From Octopus sinensis (lineage: Eukaryota), in assembly GCF_006345805.1 (NCBI RefSeq), contig NC_043016.1, positions 16,492,001-16,556,000 of the forward strand: a stretch of 64,000 nt of DNA. The letters run 5' to 3'. Positions 49,215 to 62,059 of the stretch are shown piece after piece (within the stretch, counting starts at the first letter, position 1; each line of letters begins with the position of its first letter). Below the pieces are notes generated by a model. It worked only from the letters and a program-made list of their open reading frames with translations, was not told the origin of the DNA and did not search any database. Made by a program: the position numbers and the translations under genes.

Positions 49215-49860
49215 TTGACAAAAAATTATCTTTACCGAAATGTTAAACGTCATAAACAGTGGCTTGCTAAAAGGGGAAAAGCTTAACCACACCTGAGAAG
49301 GGGATTCATAGGAAAAAGGTTCTTCTCTCTATCTGGTGGATTTGCAAAGGAGTAATTCACTCTGAATTGTTACCACCTAATGCAACAATCAATGTTCAAG
49401 TCTACTGTCAGCAGTTAGAGTGTTTGAACCAGGCTTTGAAGAAAAAAAGACCCACTTTAGTGAATCGAAAAGAAGTGATGTTTCATCAGGACAATGCGCG
49501 ACCCCACACTGCAAAGATCACAAACAGAAGATCGAAGAGTTTTGTTGGGGAAAAATTCCTCATCCACCTTATTCTCCTGACCTTGTTCCTTCAGACTACC
49601 ATTTGTTTCGTAGTTTACAGAATCATTTGGGGGACATAACTTTTGCAAGCCAGGAGGAGGTCGAAACTGACATTTCAAAGTTCTTCAATTTGAAACCAAG
49701 AGTTTTACATTGATGGAATTAAAAAGCTTGTAAATAGATGGAAGGAAGTCATAGATAATCAGGGAAAGTACATTGATGATTAACTTTCAATTAAATATAA
49801 CATTTGATCACTGGTTTTCTTTATTCAAAATTCGGACAGAACTTATGGGATAACCTGATA
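49215..49860 (+). mobile_element. Mariner 3' half (same family as 9116-10312)
   Basis: HQDNARPH and YSPDLVPSDY motifs, then the 3' TIR plus TA. Confidence 0.88.
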
Positions 49861-50233
49861 GAAGGCAATCGTTACAGTCTCAGAGTGGTTGGCATTGGAA
49901 AGGGCATCTGGTTGCAATGACCACATTAAATCAGATTGCAGTCTGGTGCAGCCCTTCAGCGTACCAACCTTGGTCAAACCATCAAACTTATGCCAGCCTT
50001 GGTCAAACCATCAAACTTATGGTAATGTTAAATGATGATGATGATGATTTCAACCATTTTGTCATAGATTTTTAAAGTTGGGAGATTGCTATGTCAAAAT
50101 AATATAGTAACACAGCCTTGTACATTGTGAGTTCAAATCCAGCTGAGGTCAGCCTTGTTTTTCATCATTTCAGGATCGATAAAGATAAATCTATAAAATG
50201 GTTATTAAAATCTTAATATTCTCTGTTTTCTAG

Positions 50234-50306
50234 GTCACTCGCACACATGTCATTGCTCTTCGGACAAGCAATTCGAGGAATGAGTGCTCAAGCGAGAATC
50301 TTCGAG
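50234..50306 (+). CDS. ABCB8: ABCB8 coding exon 10
   Basis: (R)SLAHMSLLFGQAIRGMSAQARIFE|GTAAAA; phase 2-0. Confidence 0.95.
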
Positions 50307-50495
50307 GTAAAACTCTAAAAATCCCTAATATCTTGCCGCTGTTATCATTGTCATAATGTCGCTGGTGTTTTCACTCTAGTTTTTTTCTCAACTGTTACTT
50401 GCTTAAAACATGGCGAAATCAAATATGAATGCATTTACAAAACTACATCTCCTCTGCCAACCTGCTTTTTTTCTAATCCTCACATTTCTTCATCA

Positions 50496-51600
50496 TACGA
50501 GGGGGGTACCCCAAAAGTAACCAGAAACATTCTCTGTGGGACAAGCCCATTGAACAGTTCTATATTTAAAAGATGAGGAATTATGTACATTATTTACAAA
50601 TGCTGGTAGCGTAAAAATCCTGCGTTCTGGTGTTGATGAATTTGTTGAAGGAGTGTTTGGCATCGTCTTGGTTTTTGAAGCATTTCTCATGCGGGGGAAG
50701 TTGTCAAGATGCTTGAAAAGGGGGTAGTTGGTAGGCAAGAGGTCTGGTGAGTATGGCAGATGAGGCAGAGTTTCGTAGCCCAATTCATTCAACTTCTGCA
50801 GGGTCAGTTGTGTGATGTGTGGCCGAGCATTGTCATGGAGAAGAATTGGTCCTTTTCTGTTGACCAATGCTGGCTGTTGTTGTCGAAGTTTCTTATGCAT
50901 TTCATCCACTTCCTGACAGTACTTCTCCGCCGTAATGGTTTCGCCTGGATCCAAAAAGCTGAAGTGGACGAGACCACGGCCTCAAACCCCAAACAGTCAC
51001 CATGACCTTATTTTGGTGCAACTTTGCCTTTGGGAAGTGCCATGGAGCTTTGTCAGCATCCAACCACTGAGCTGAGCATTGCCGGTTGTCGTAAAGAATC
51101 CACTTTTCATCGCAAGTCACAATCCGGTCCAGAAACAGGTTGTTCTTGTTGCGAAAAAGAAGACAACACTTCAAAACGGTGTTGTTTTGGTTGTCATTCA
51201 CTTTGTGCGGCACCCATTTCTCAAGTGTTTTTGTTTTTCCAATCCCTTTCGAGTGGTTGGAAATTGTTGTATACATACATTATGTCTAATTCAGAAGCAA
51301 GCTCTCGAACAGTTGTGTATGGATTGGCTTCCACTAAGCCCCTTAGTTGATCGTTGTCAACATCTGATGGCTGACCACTATCTTCAAGACTCTCATCACT
51401 GCTGCAAAATTTCTTGAACCACCATTGTGCTGTATGTTCATTAGTGGTTCCTGGGCCAAATGCATCGTTGATATTGCGAGCTTTTACAGCATCTTTTCGG
51501 CCTAGCTTGAACTGGAATAAGAAAATTGTACGAATTTGCTTTTTGTCCGTGTTGTATTCAACGTTCCGCAAAAAATGGCCTAATTATTCGAAAAGGAAAA
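50496..51600 (-). mobile_element. Second mariner family (Hsmar1-like transposase), decayed
   Basis: [24 protein letters not shown] and PYSPDLLPT motifs with frameshifts. A small pLTR-tail fragment is inserted at about 50546-50598. Confidence 0.85.
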
Positions 51601-51736
51601 GAGTAACACGATTAGATAGAGTGAAAAACGGGCTTTATATATAAAACCATAGAAATTTAACGAAGATTAATTTTTAAATATTTCGTTTTTTGGATTTGGT
51701 TTGCAAGATTTTTTATATGAGTTTGTGTGTTAAAGC

Positions 51737-51950
51737 ATATTCTGTTGTGTCTGGGGAGAGTCATTTTCTTTTTGTGCCTTATAATGTAACACACTCACTG
51801 GTAAAATTTCCACTTAGTCAGGACTATTGAAAAGTTTGCAAGAGGCAACGAAAATTTTAGGAAAATAAAAATAAGAAAACAGTGGAAATTTTACCAGTGA
51901 GTGTGTTAAAATTATAAGGCACAAAAAAAAATGACTCTCCTCAGACAGAA
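51737..51950. repeat. Hairpin MITE (arms of about 75 bp)
   Basis: GAGAGTCATTTT..GTGCCTTATAAT..CACTCACTGGTAAAATTTCCAC is mirrored at about 51880-51950. Confidence 0.75.
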
Positions 51951-52036
51951 CAGAATTTGAAAATACATCATTTAAAACTAAAGTTAAAAATTCCGCAAGA
52001 ATTTTCTTGACAACCTAATTTTATTTTTCCTTCCAG

Positions 52037-52156
52037 TTTATTAATTCCAAACCCTCTATTCCCATTATTGGAGGGGTTGTTATCCCTACAAAGGATTTGG
52101 TTGGTGAAGTGACTTTTGAAAATGTTGATTTTTCATATCCAACTCGAAGGAAAGAA
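52037..52156 (+). CDS. ABCB8: ABCB8 coding exon 11a (TMD-NBD linker; tenth intron precedes it)
   Basis: FINSKPSIPIIGGVVIPTKDLVGEVTFENVDFSYPTRRKE|GTAAGT; 120 nt, phase 0-0. Confidence 0.95.
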
Positions 52157-52894
52157 GTAAGTGATAAGTATTTTTTTTAAAACCAAATTTCCAGATCATT
52201 TCTGTTTGGCTGCCAGCTGCCATTTTTTCAATCTCTTTAATTCCTGTTCCAGCCCAGTTGATTTCATATTTGGTGTATTGGTGTGGTTTCATATGCTACT
52301 CAGTAACATGAAATTCATTTTCGCCGGGCGTGGCTGTGTAGTAAGAAGCTTGCTTCCTAACCACATGGATGGTCCTGGGTTCACTCACACTGCATGGCAC
52401 CATGGACGAGTGTTTTCTGCTGTAAGCCCTCAGGCTGAACAAACGTCTTCTGAGTGGATATGGTAGACGGAAACTGAAAGAAGCCTGTCATATATATATA
52501 TATATCATCATCATTTATATATATATATAATACATTTCTAAATATCTCAGAGAGATTTATGCAGTAGTGATACAATAAAGTAGTTGTATACTGTCAACTT
52601 AATGTGACAGTTCCATGAAGGGAATAATACAACTGCTATTTAACCCTAGAAGGACACAGGAAATGTGTCAAGGCCAATAGGAAGCGTGCTGCTTCCTAGG
52701 GCTAAATAGCAGTAGTATTATTCCCTTCATGGGACTGTCACATTAAGTTGACAGTATACAACTACTTTATATATATGAAGGGATATGATTAATAAATATC
52801 CTAGAAACACCTGTAAGACCTTCTATCTATAAATGCTCTAATATCTACACAGCCTTGGTTTTTTATCTCATTATGCAAAAAATTCATATATGTC

Positions 52895-54135
52895 AGTAGT
52901 GGGGGTGGGTGTGCTGAAAGTGTAACTGCTAGAGTAAGAATAGCCTGGGCAAAGTTCAGGGAGCTCTTACCTCTGCTGGTGACTAAAGGCCTCTCGCTCA
53001 GAGTAAAAGGCATACTGTATGACGCACGTGTACGAACAGCCATGCTACATGGCAGTGAAACATGGGCTGTGACTGCTGAGGATATGCATAAGCTCACAAG
53101 GAATGAAGCCAGTATGCTCCGATGGATGTGTAATGTCAGTGTTCATACTCGACAGAGTGTAAGTACCTTGAGAGAAAAGTTGGACCTAAGAAGCATCAGT
53201 TGTGGTGTGCAAGAGAGACGACTGCACTGGTATGGTCATGTGGCAAGAATGGATGAAGATAGCAGTTGAGGGAACCTGTGGAAGAGGTAGACCCAGGAAA
53301 ACCTGGGACGAGGTGGTAAAGCACGACCTTCGAACTTTAGGCCTCACTGAGGCAATGACCAGAGACCGAGACCTTTGGAAATATGCTGTGCGTGAGAAGA
53401 CCAGGCAGGACAAGTGAGTCCAGCCCACTTCAGCATGTCTTTCCTCCCTTGGACACACAAAGACCTGTTGAGGCAAACGAAGTCGAAATCGAACCAAATT
53501 CGACGACAGGCACCCATGCCAACCTCACTTCATTGGACACTAAACTCTGCTTGCGAAGACCTGTTGGGGCAAGTGAAATCGAAATCGGAATTGAACCAAT
53601 CCTATGACTGGCACCCGGCAGTTGTCAGGACCGCTGGACTGACTCCTGTGCAGGTGGCAAGTGAAGAAGAAACACCATTTCAACCTGTGCTTGAGGAGAT
53701 CCATTGAGTCAGTACACCGACATCAAAATCAATGGAAACTGCAGTTGTGATCCCTGTGCGGTGGCACGTAAAAAGCACATCTGAACGTGGCCAATGCCAG
53801 CGCCACCTAGACTGGCTTCCGTGCCGGTGGCAGTAAAAGCAAACGACTCGTACCGATCCGCGCTGCGATTGCATGCTGGCTCCGTGCCGGTGGCACATAA
53901 AATGCACCAATCCGATCGTGGCCATTGCCAGCCTCACCTGGCACCTGTGCAGGTGGCACGTAAAAAGCACCCACTACACTCACGCAGTGGTTGGCCTTAG
54001 GAAGGGCATCCACTTGTAGAAACACTACCAGATCAGACCGGAGCCTGGTGCAGCCTTCTGGCTTCCCAGATCCCCGGTCGAACCGTCCAACCCATGCTAG
54101 CATGGAGAACGGACGTTAAACGATGATGATGATGA
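52895..54135 (+). mobile_element. RTE LINE 3' fragment with 3' UTR and tail
   Basis: Same family as 44390-46779. Confidence 0.85.
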
Positions 54136-54147
54136 TGATATAATTGG

Positions 54148-54470
54148 TCTGCTGTATTTGTTCATTGCAGGCAAACTAAGGACAAAATCACAAAATAGTT
54201 TGGGAGAATAAAGATGGGCCTATCTCTCAACTATAATATTTTTTAGGCAAACTAATAGACAAAATCACAAAATAGTTTGGGAGAATAATAGTAATAGGCC
54301 TATCTTTCAACTACTGTATTTGTTCATTGCAGGAAAACTCCTGGACAGGAGTTAATAGTTGAGAACAATAATGATGATAACCCTATTTTCAACTATCGTA
54401 TTTGTTAGACAAACTACAAGAGAAAATCAAAAAAACTCAGGAGAATAATGACGGGCCTGTCTTTAAGATT
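54148..54470 (+). repeat. Diverged minisatellite with units of about 60-85 bp
   Basis: Recurring TGTATTTGTTCATTGCAGG.AAACT..GACAAAATCACAAAATAGTTTGGGAGAATAA. Confidence 0.65.
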
Positions 54471-54586
54471 ATTGTTAGTCTTGTGCTGTTTATACAACTA
54501 GTCAATTTTCTGTAAACTTGGGTTTAGGGAAAACATGGGCCCAGATCCAAGAGGGTTATCACTGCTTCGGTTTCTTCTTTTCACAG

Positions 54587-54659
54587 GCTGTGCTCAAGAA
54601 CATGTCCCTGAACATCCCGAACGGCAAAGTTGTGGCCCTTGTTGGCCACTCCGGAAGTG
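54587..54659 (+). CDS. ABCB8: ABCB8 coding exon with the start of Walker A (last exon found in the window)
   Basis: AVLKNMSLNIPNGKVVALVGHSGS-G|GTATGT; phase 0-1. Confidence 0.95.
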
Positions 54660-54957
54660 GTATGTCCTAAATTTCCTTCATTATATTCTCAGCTTCAAGC
54701 TTAAACAAGTTTCTTGAAACAGATGTAGGTACATATTTTCATACGAAAATCTGTGTAATTTAAGGGAGATTTAGCTATGGTTTCAAGCATATCCCATGAC
54801 CAGTAAGTATTAGGGTTGATTAGAGTTGATAAAATCATAAATTATAAAAAAGCAGTTTTTTAATACCATAAATGTGGAAGATGGTCATGGATATGCTAGA
54901 ACCAACAGCCAAATCTCACTTAAATAACACCTTTGCATCTGAAAATATTTACATACA

Positions 54958-55793
54958 GTTCTATATTTAAGAGAGGAGGAATTATGTATATTATTTACAT
55001 TATTTACATTTGACGGATATTCGTCATCATCTTGTTTGTTGTTAACACAACATTTCAGCTGACATACCCTCCAGCCTTCATCAAGTGTCTTGGGGAAATT
55101 TCAAACCTGGTATCTCATTCCTAAGGTATTTTTTGATGTTATTATTATTATTATTATTATTATTCAGTTCTATATTTAAGAGTTGAGGAATTATTTACAT
55201 TATTTACAATTGATGGATATTTGTCAACATCTTGTTTGTTGTTAACACGTTTCAGCTGATATAGCCTCCAGCCATTTTCAGGTGTCTTGGAGAAATTTCG
55301 AACCTGGGTTCTCATTCCTAAGGTATTTTTCAATTTTGTTGTTATTATTATTATTATTCATGTCACTGCCTGGAATCGAACTCGGAATCTTGGGGTTAAT
55401 AGCCCATGCTCTTAATCACTACGCCATATGCCCATGGGCATATGGCAAAACATGCCGCCCCCTCAAAATAAGGGTAGAGGAACATCGCAAAGCTGTGACA
55501 TGTTGAAATATTGATAAATCGGGTATAGCTGATCATGTATGCAAAAATGGAGACCACCTCCCCATGTGGGATGAAGTTAAAATAATAGACAGAGAACACC
55601 ACTGGAAAATACGAAAACTAAAAGAAATAGCACATATGCTAGGACACAACAACCTCCTAAGCAGACTGAGTGCAGATATGAGCAGCATATGGGAACTGGT
55701 ATTAAGGAAGGATAATTGCCCATGGCATATGGTGTAGTGGTTAAGAGCGCAGGCTACTAACCCCAAGATTCCGAGTTCAATTCCAGGCAATGA

Positions 55794-55832
<39 letters not shown>

Positions 55833-55968
55833 CAACATTGAAACTACCTTAGGAATGAGAGCCAGGTTCGAAAATTCCCAAGATACCTGATGAAGGCTGG
55901 TGGGTATATCAGCCAAAACGTTGTGTGTTAACAACAAACAAGTGAGGACAAATATCGTCAAATCTAAA
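54958..55968. mobile_element. Penelope remnant: two inverted HHR units and tRNA head, then GIY-YIG C-terminus, tRNA head and HHR unit
   Basis: 55441-55737 reads YGKTCRPLKIRVEEHRK..SGIADHV..REHHWKIRKLKE (one internal TGA). The 24-bp palindrome at 55423-55446 marks the inversion junction. Confidence 0.8.
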
Positions 55969-56068
55969 NNNNNNNNNNNNNNNNNNNNNNNNNNNNNNNN
56001 NNNNNNNNNNNNNNNNNNNNNNNNNNNNNNNNNNNNNNNNNNNNNNNNNNNNNNNNNNNNNNNNNNNN
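55969..56068. other. Assembly gap (100 N)
   Basis: Directly visible. Confidence 0.99.
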
Positions 56069-57010
56069 GAAAACAAGACATTTGTACTCAGAGCCAGATG
56101 CAGTTTCAGCTAGTTCTGTAGCAAAAGGTTAAAAACCATTTGAGATTACATAGACAGTATTTTGCGTAGGATATGAGCAGTTCCCATGAGCACTATCTTT
56201 TGAATTTCTGCCATTTTTTGGTTTCCTGGCATCTGAGCTAGGTAGCAGTCAGCCCCTTTTGCTATCACTCCCAGGGCACCTATGACAACAGGTATTGTTT
56301 TAGTCTTCAGGTTCCACATTTTGCTGATTTCTATTTCCAGATCTTTATATTTGCTCAGTTTTTGGTAGGTCTTGACAGATACGTTTATATCGATTGGGAC
56401 AGTCATATCAATGAGGAGGCATGTTCTTTGTCTGATGTCTTTCAATATGATGTCTGGCCTGTTTGCATCTATCTTTCTGTCAGTTTGAATGGTGAAGTTC
56501 CAGAGGAGTGAGATGTGATCATTTTCAAGCACTGGAGGTGGATTGTGTTCCCACCAGTTTTTATCATGGGGCAAATCCAGGTTTTTGCAAATTACCCAGT
56601 GAATATATTGTGCAGCTCTTTAATGCCTGTTGAGATACTCTGTAGGCGCTAGAAGACTGCACTTGGAGACAACATGATCAATGGTTTCATTTTATTATTA
56701 TTGCCTTTGCACAGCTTCTAATGCTGGAGATGTACTAGTGTCAGCTGTTCACTACCAGTGAACTATGGTAACCCCTCTTATTTTTCTAGCACCTTCCAGA
56801 GTATTTGAGCAGTTCCAAGTAGTGCTGTTTTCTGCAAGTGCTCCACACTTATTGCAGCTCCTATTTGTTCCATGTACTTCTCGAGATCTTTGCTCAGTTC
56901 CCAGGGCTCCGACAATTATTGGTACTACTGCTACCTTTTTCATCGACCACAACTGCTTGACCTCCCAAGCTAACCTGTCATATCTCTCGACTTTTCTTTC
57001 TTCAATATTG
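56069..57010 (-). mobile_element. Two R4/Dong-like RLE LINE C-terminal fragments
   Basis: ANRPDIIL..LIDMTVP..KLSKYKDL..VIGALG..GTAHILRK (56146-56574), and a second family with VVPIIVGALG (56752-57010). Confidence 0.82.
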
Positions 57011-58074
57011 CATACCGAGGTTGACTTTGCCTTTCATCCTGTCAGGGTCGATAAATTTAGTACCAGTTACACACTGGGGTTGATGTAATCGATTTAATCC
57101 CTTTGACTGTCCCCTCTATGTTTAACCCCCTGTGGCCAAAAAAAAAAGAAATAAATTATTACCATAAATCCTAGAGTGTAGTCCACCCTTGAGTATAATA
57201 TGCAGGGTATTTTTAGGGAGCTGTACTTCTGAAAAACTTAAACCTGGTGTATAATACGCACCCCTTCTCTAACTTGAGTCGTGCGTAATTAAGCCAGCAG
57301 CACCTAGTCGCACAAACACTTCCATGCATCATCATCATTTAGCGTCCGCTTTCCATGTTAGTATGGGTTGGACGGTTCAACTGGGGTCTGTGAAGCCAGA
57401 AGGCTGCATCAGGCCCAGTCTGATCTGGCAGTGTTTCTACGGCTGGATGCCCTTCCTAACGCCAACCACTCTGTGAGTGTAGTGGGTGCTTTTTATGTGC
57501 CACCCGCACAGGTGCCAGACGGAGCTGGCAAACGGCCACGATCAGATGGTGCTTTTTACGTGCCACCGGCACGGGGGCCAGGCGAGGCTGGCGTAATACA
57601 ATAATGGTGATGTTCTTAACTGTTATATGGGAATGTAAATATGTTTGCAAATTGTTTTTTGTTACATATTATTCTGTGTTCTGAATACTTTTATTGTAAT
57701 AAATGTTGCTTACTGCAAGTTATGGATGATTCTTTTATGACTTCATTGCTTTCGGGCTTAGCTTAAGGTATTTTCGTGCCCTGCATCACAAAATGCGTCT
57801 GAATAAACATTGCCAGACAGCAAATAGAGACTTGGACATTGCTTAGAAAATATTTTTCATTTTTAACCTCGTATATAGTACACTCTAGGGGTTTTGACCT
57901 TTAAATTTGGGGGAAAAAATGCAGATTATACATGAGGATTAACGGTATTTCATGTTTGATTTCTGCTCACACCCAGACACCTCAACAGACAAGTTAGAAG
58001 TTCATGTTGGTGTTTTGCCTAGGGTGCCATATATTTGGTTTTGTTCTAGAGAATGTTTAAGAAACCATAAGAAA

Positions 58075-59765
58075 ACTAGAAAGGCACTCAGAGAGCACAG
58101 ACCTCTGCTAAGCAGCTCATTCCCACCCATATACATATGCCGAAAATCGCCCAATTTCCCAAACCAAGGCCAGCAAAAACTTAACCGCCTCCCATATTTA
58201 TCTCGACCATCGTCATCATCAATACTGTCTCTGCTTTCACCACAATCACCGTCAAAGCTATGATTGTCAATACTATGATCGCCACAATCACCATCAAAAC
58301 TACAATTGACACAATCACCACAATCATTGTCAAAACTACGATCACCACAAACAGTTTCTTTACACAGTTGAAAATCCATTATCCAATACTCACAGGACTG
58401 AGATTGTTGCAGATTTTTTACTTTTCTAACTTCAGATTGCTTTATTAAAAACAGGTCTAAACACAATAGCTTATAGACATACTCTGAATGTAGTCCTATA
58501 TAAATCTTTAATAATTTTTTTTTATACCTAAGACCATCAGAAATGTTAAGATATCAGCCTCTACCCACGTGGTCATGCTTTGATTAAAAGGTTGCAGCAT
58601 AGATTACATTACTTAGATAAGTTTTGGCCAAAGTTGACTCAGGCCATGTCTAATTTAATAGCACCACCTGGAAGAGATACACAGTCAGCTCTGGGGAACC
58701 ATAGCCCATTCAAGCAGAGGGCTATTGTTTTCAGGGATATATCTGGGTGTGGATGGTTTATCTGGTATTTGTTGGGGGCAATCATCTAGGAATCGTTTGA
58801 ATGCTGTGAAGTCACTTTCCTCTTTTATGTGTGTCTGGCACGATGTTGAAGAGAGCAGGGCCAATTGAGGTGAAATAGTTCTGTCATAATGTTGTGATAT
58901 GACACAAACATTTCTGTAGTGGACGGATGGCACAAGGGCCAAGATGGGAAATGATGATGGTATATTTTCCACATCATACAGATGATATAGACCTCACAGC
59001 GGTGGTGGAGGGAGCAAAGCCTGAGCTTTTTGAGTCGATCCCAATAGTCAAGGCTTGTCATGTCATCCTCTGCAGACCTCCACCAAGTTCATTTTAAGAT
59101 AGATATGCAAGTAAAATTACTAATAGAGAAACGAAAATAAACTTTGGAAACAGCAACGACACCATAGGTTACGTGAAAACGATGAACGCTTTCAAGGGAG
59201 ATAATCAAAGAACGTAATGTAATACTTCATGTTAAGTGGATATAACAAATTAAAAAATCCTTCTAAAATCCATAAAAATTACTGGATCACTACCAAAATT
59301 TCATCATCTGTTCCTTGTGTTATTACCAACCTTTACTGCGAGTTTTATCAAATACTGTTCAGTTTTTTGAGTTATTATGCACACAGACAGACAAGCCAAC
59401 GCTGATGAAAACATAACTCCCTTCTTTGGCAGAAGTAAAAATCCTTCTAGAATCTAGAAAAATTTCCGGATCACTACCAAAATTTTATCATCCGTTCCTT
59501 GTGTCATTACCAACTTTTCCTACAAGTTTCATCAAATACCGTTTGCAAATTTTTGAGAAATTTTGCACACAACATGGATGAAAACATAACCTTCTTCCTT
59601 GGCAGAGGTAAAAATCCTTCTAGAATCCATAAAAATTCCCAGATCACTACGAAAATATCATCATCTGTTCCTTGTGTCATTACTTTTGTGTCACAACTTT
59701 TTCAATTATTTCGCACATAGACAGAGGGACAGACGGACATAACAACACCGATGTTGGCTGAGGTG
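58075..59765 (+). mobile_element. Putative non-autonomous Helentron-like (HINE) element with cargo and three tandem 3' units
   Basis: Subterminal inverted repeat ACCTCTGCTAAG (58101) and CTTGGCAGAGGT (59598). Units of about 175 bp repeat at about 59254, 59438 and 59610. Confidence 0.4.
58680..59075 (-). mobile_element. CR1/L2-group LINE C-terminal fragment
   Basis: LDYWDRLKKLRLCSL...YIICMMWKI and FKRFLD...IPDKP. Confidence 0.7.
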
Positions 59766-59964
59766 ATGATGATAATAATTTGAAATACATCCTTCAAGGA
59801 AAACTTAGGCAGAAATAGTTTATTAGCAGGATTTTAAATGCATAATATTTGAACTATAAACATTTTATGCATCAACATAAAATTTTTATAAAATATTTGA
59901 TTCTCCCTAAATCAAACCCAGATGTTCGTATTTTTGTTTTTCTTTTTAACAATTACTTCCAATC

Positions 59965-60855
59965 ACATGTATACCTGCTTCTAGGAAACATACGTAGCTA
60001 ACCATTCAAATTTCAAATAACACTTACTGTGTATGTATGTAGCTTTTAACCTTGGTGCATAGTTTGTGTTAGGGATGTATGCATGTATATACAAGAATCT
60101 GGGAAACATGTAGCTCCCTATTTAAATTTCACATAACACTTACAGTAGCTAGTAACCCTGGTGTGTAGGGATGTATGCGTGTATATACAAGAATCTGGGA
60201 AACGTGTGTAGCTCCCTATTTAAATTTCACATAACACTTATTGTAGCTAGTAATCCTCATGTATAAGTGTGCGTAGGGATGTATGCGTGTATACAAGCGT
60301 CTACAAAACATGTGTAGCTATCTATTCAAATTTCACTTAACACTTACTGTAGCTAGTAACCCTGGTGTGTAGTGTGTGTAGGGATGTATGCGTGTATATA
60401 CAAGCGTCTAGGAAACACATGTAGCTTTCCATTCAAATTTCACAGAACACTTACTGTGTATGTATGTAGCTAGTAGTCCTGGTGTATAAGTGTATGTAAA
60501 GATGTATATGTGTGTATACAAGTGTCTAGGAAACATACGTAGCTATATTCAAATTCCACATAACACTTATTGTAGCTAGTAACCCTGGTGTATAAGTGTG
60601 TGTAGAGATGTATGTGTGTATACAACCTCTAGGAAACATATGTAGCTACTAATCCTGGTGTGTCGTGCGTGTAGGGATGTATGCGTGTATATACAAGAAT
60701 CTACGAAAGATATGTAGCTACATATTCAAATTTCACATAACACTTACTGTGTATGTATGTAGCTAGTAACCCTGGTGTGTAGGGATGTATGTGTGTGTAA
60801 ACAAGCGTCTAGGAAACGTGTAGCTATCCGTTCAAATTTCACATAACACTTAAAC
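59965..60855 (+). repeat. Minisatellite with variable units of about 100-130 bp, about 7-8 copies
   Basis: Recurring GTAGCTATCCATTCAAATTTCACATAACACTTAC...TAGTAACCCTGGTGT...GGGATGTATGCGTGTAT. Confidence 0.85.
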
Positions 60856-62059
60856 ATCTCGCACTCCTGCAACAATCACCAGCAAGATGGCGTGGGAGGG
60901 GACACACACGGCCACCTTCAGCAAGTTTTTCAAAATAATTTTTCATCTGACCAACCTGAAAAACTGATAAAAGGGAAAAAAAAAATTTTTCAAAAAAAAT
61001 TAAGAAGTTTTCACATTTTTCTTTTGCTCTTCTTTCTTACTTTTTTTTTTTTCACCAAAACTGCAAATTCGAGCGTGAAAAATAGTCTGCAAATTTCATT
61101 TTTTTTTTGTCTGTGTGTGTTTGTTTTTTGTTTTTCACATGCTGCAATTGGCAGTCTTCAACCTTTTCCGTCTTCCGTGGGTCGATGGGGCGTCCAATCC
61201 GTCGCTTTCAGACCCCGAGTCATTGGTGTATGCGGAAACCTGCGTCGAGGACCTCACTGTATGAATTGCCGTGTATGAACCTGTGTTTTTAGCCTTTTCA
61301 AGAGCACGTACTATAAAAAGAAAATTTAAGAAAATTAATTTTAAAAATCATAAGAAATAACATTTTCAAAATCTTACACTACGATGGGACAGTCAAAAAT
61401 TAAGGCCATTTTGTTTAGGACAGGTCTAATTACCAATACAGGAACATGTATCATACATCAAAATGAAGCTGGTCCTCTGTGGATCACATCCCTACTTCTC
61501 AACATAGTCTTCACTCTTTACTCTTTTACTTGTTCAGTGCTTCGAACACTGCCTTTAGTCAAACAAATCGACCCCAGGACTTATTCTTTGTAAGCCTAGT
61601 ACTTATTCTATCGGTCTCTTTTGCCAAACCACTAAGTTACGGGGACGTAAACACACCAGCATCGGTTGTCAAATGTTAGGGGGACAAACACAGACACACA
61701 AATACATACACAAACATATATACGACGGGCTTCTTTCAGTTTCCGTCTACTAAATCCACTCACAAGGCTTTGGTTGGCTCGAGGCTATATTAGAAGACAT
61801 TTGTCCATGGTTCCACGCAGTTAGACAGAACCCGGAACAATGTTGTTGTTAAGCAAGCTACTTACCACACAGCCACTCCTACGCCTACATATATATATAT
61901 ATATATATACATTACATATATACATATGTATATATATATACATATATATCATTATCGTTTAACAGGTATCCAGAGTATACATATTTATATATATGTATAT
62001 ATGTGTATGCGTGTGTGTGTGTATATATATGTATGTACATATGCATGTATGTATATCAC

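Noticed and set aside
30130-49860. Idea that the 5' and 3' mariner halves are one split element
   Set aside because: Six ABCB8 exons lie between them and about 70 bp of transposase is missing from both; independent truncated copies are simpler.
54150-54345. TTCATTGCAG acceptor-like sites as extra ABCB8 exons
   Set aside because: They are part of a minisatellite, and the flanking true exons already join in frame with the expected protein sequence.
55718-55797. Possible tRNA-Ser gene (and other SINE heads)
   Set aside because: A and B boxes are present but there is no proper acceptor stem, and the sequence is always attached to repeat bodies, so it is tRNA-derived rather than a tRNA gene.
58002-58466. 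154-aa minus-strand ORF with SFDxDCG repeats
   Set aside because: The repeat portion is a short-unit minisatellite, the ORF crosses a probable repeat terminus, and there is no recognisable domain or clear splice context.
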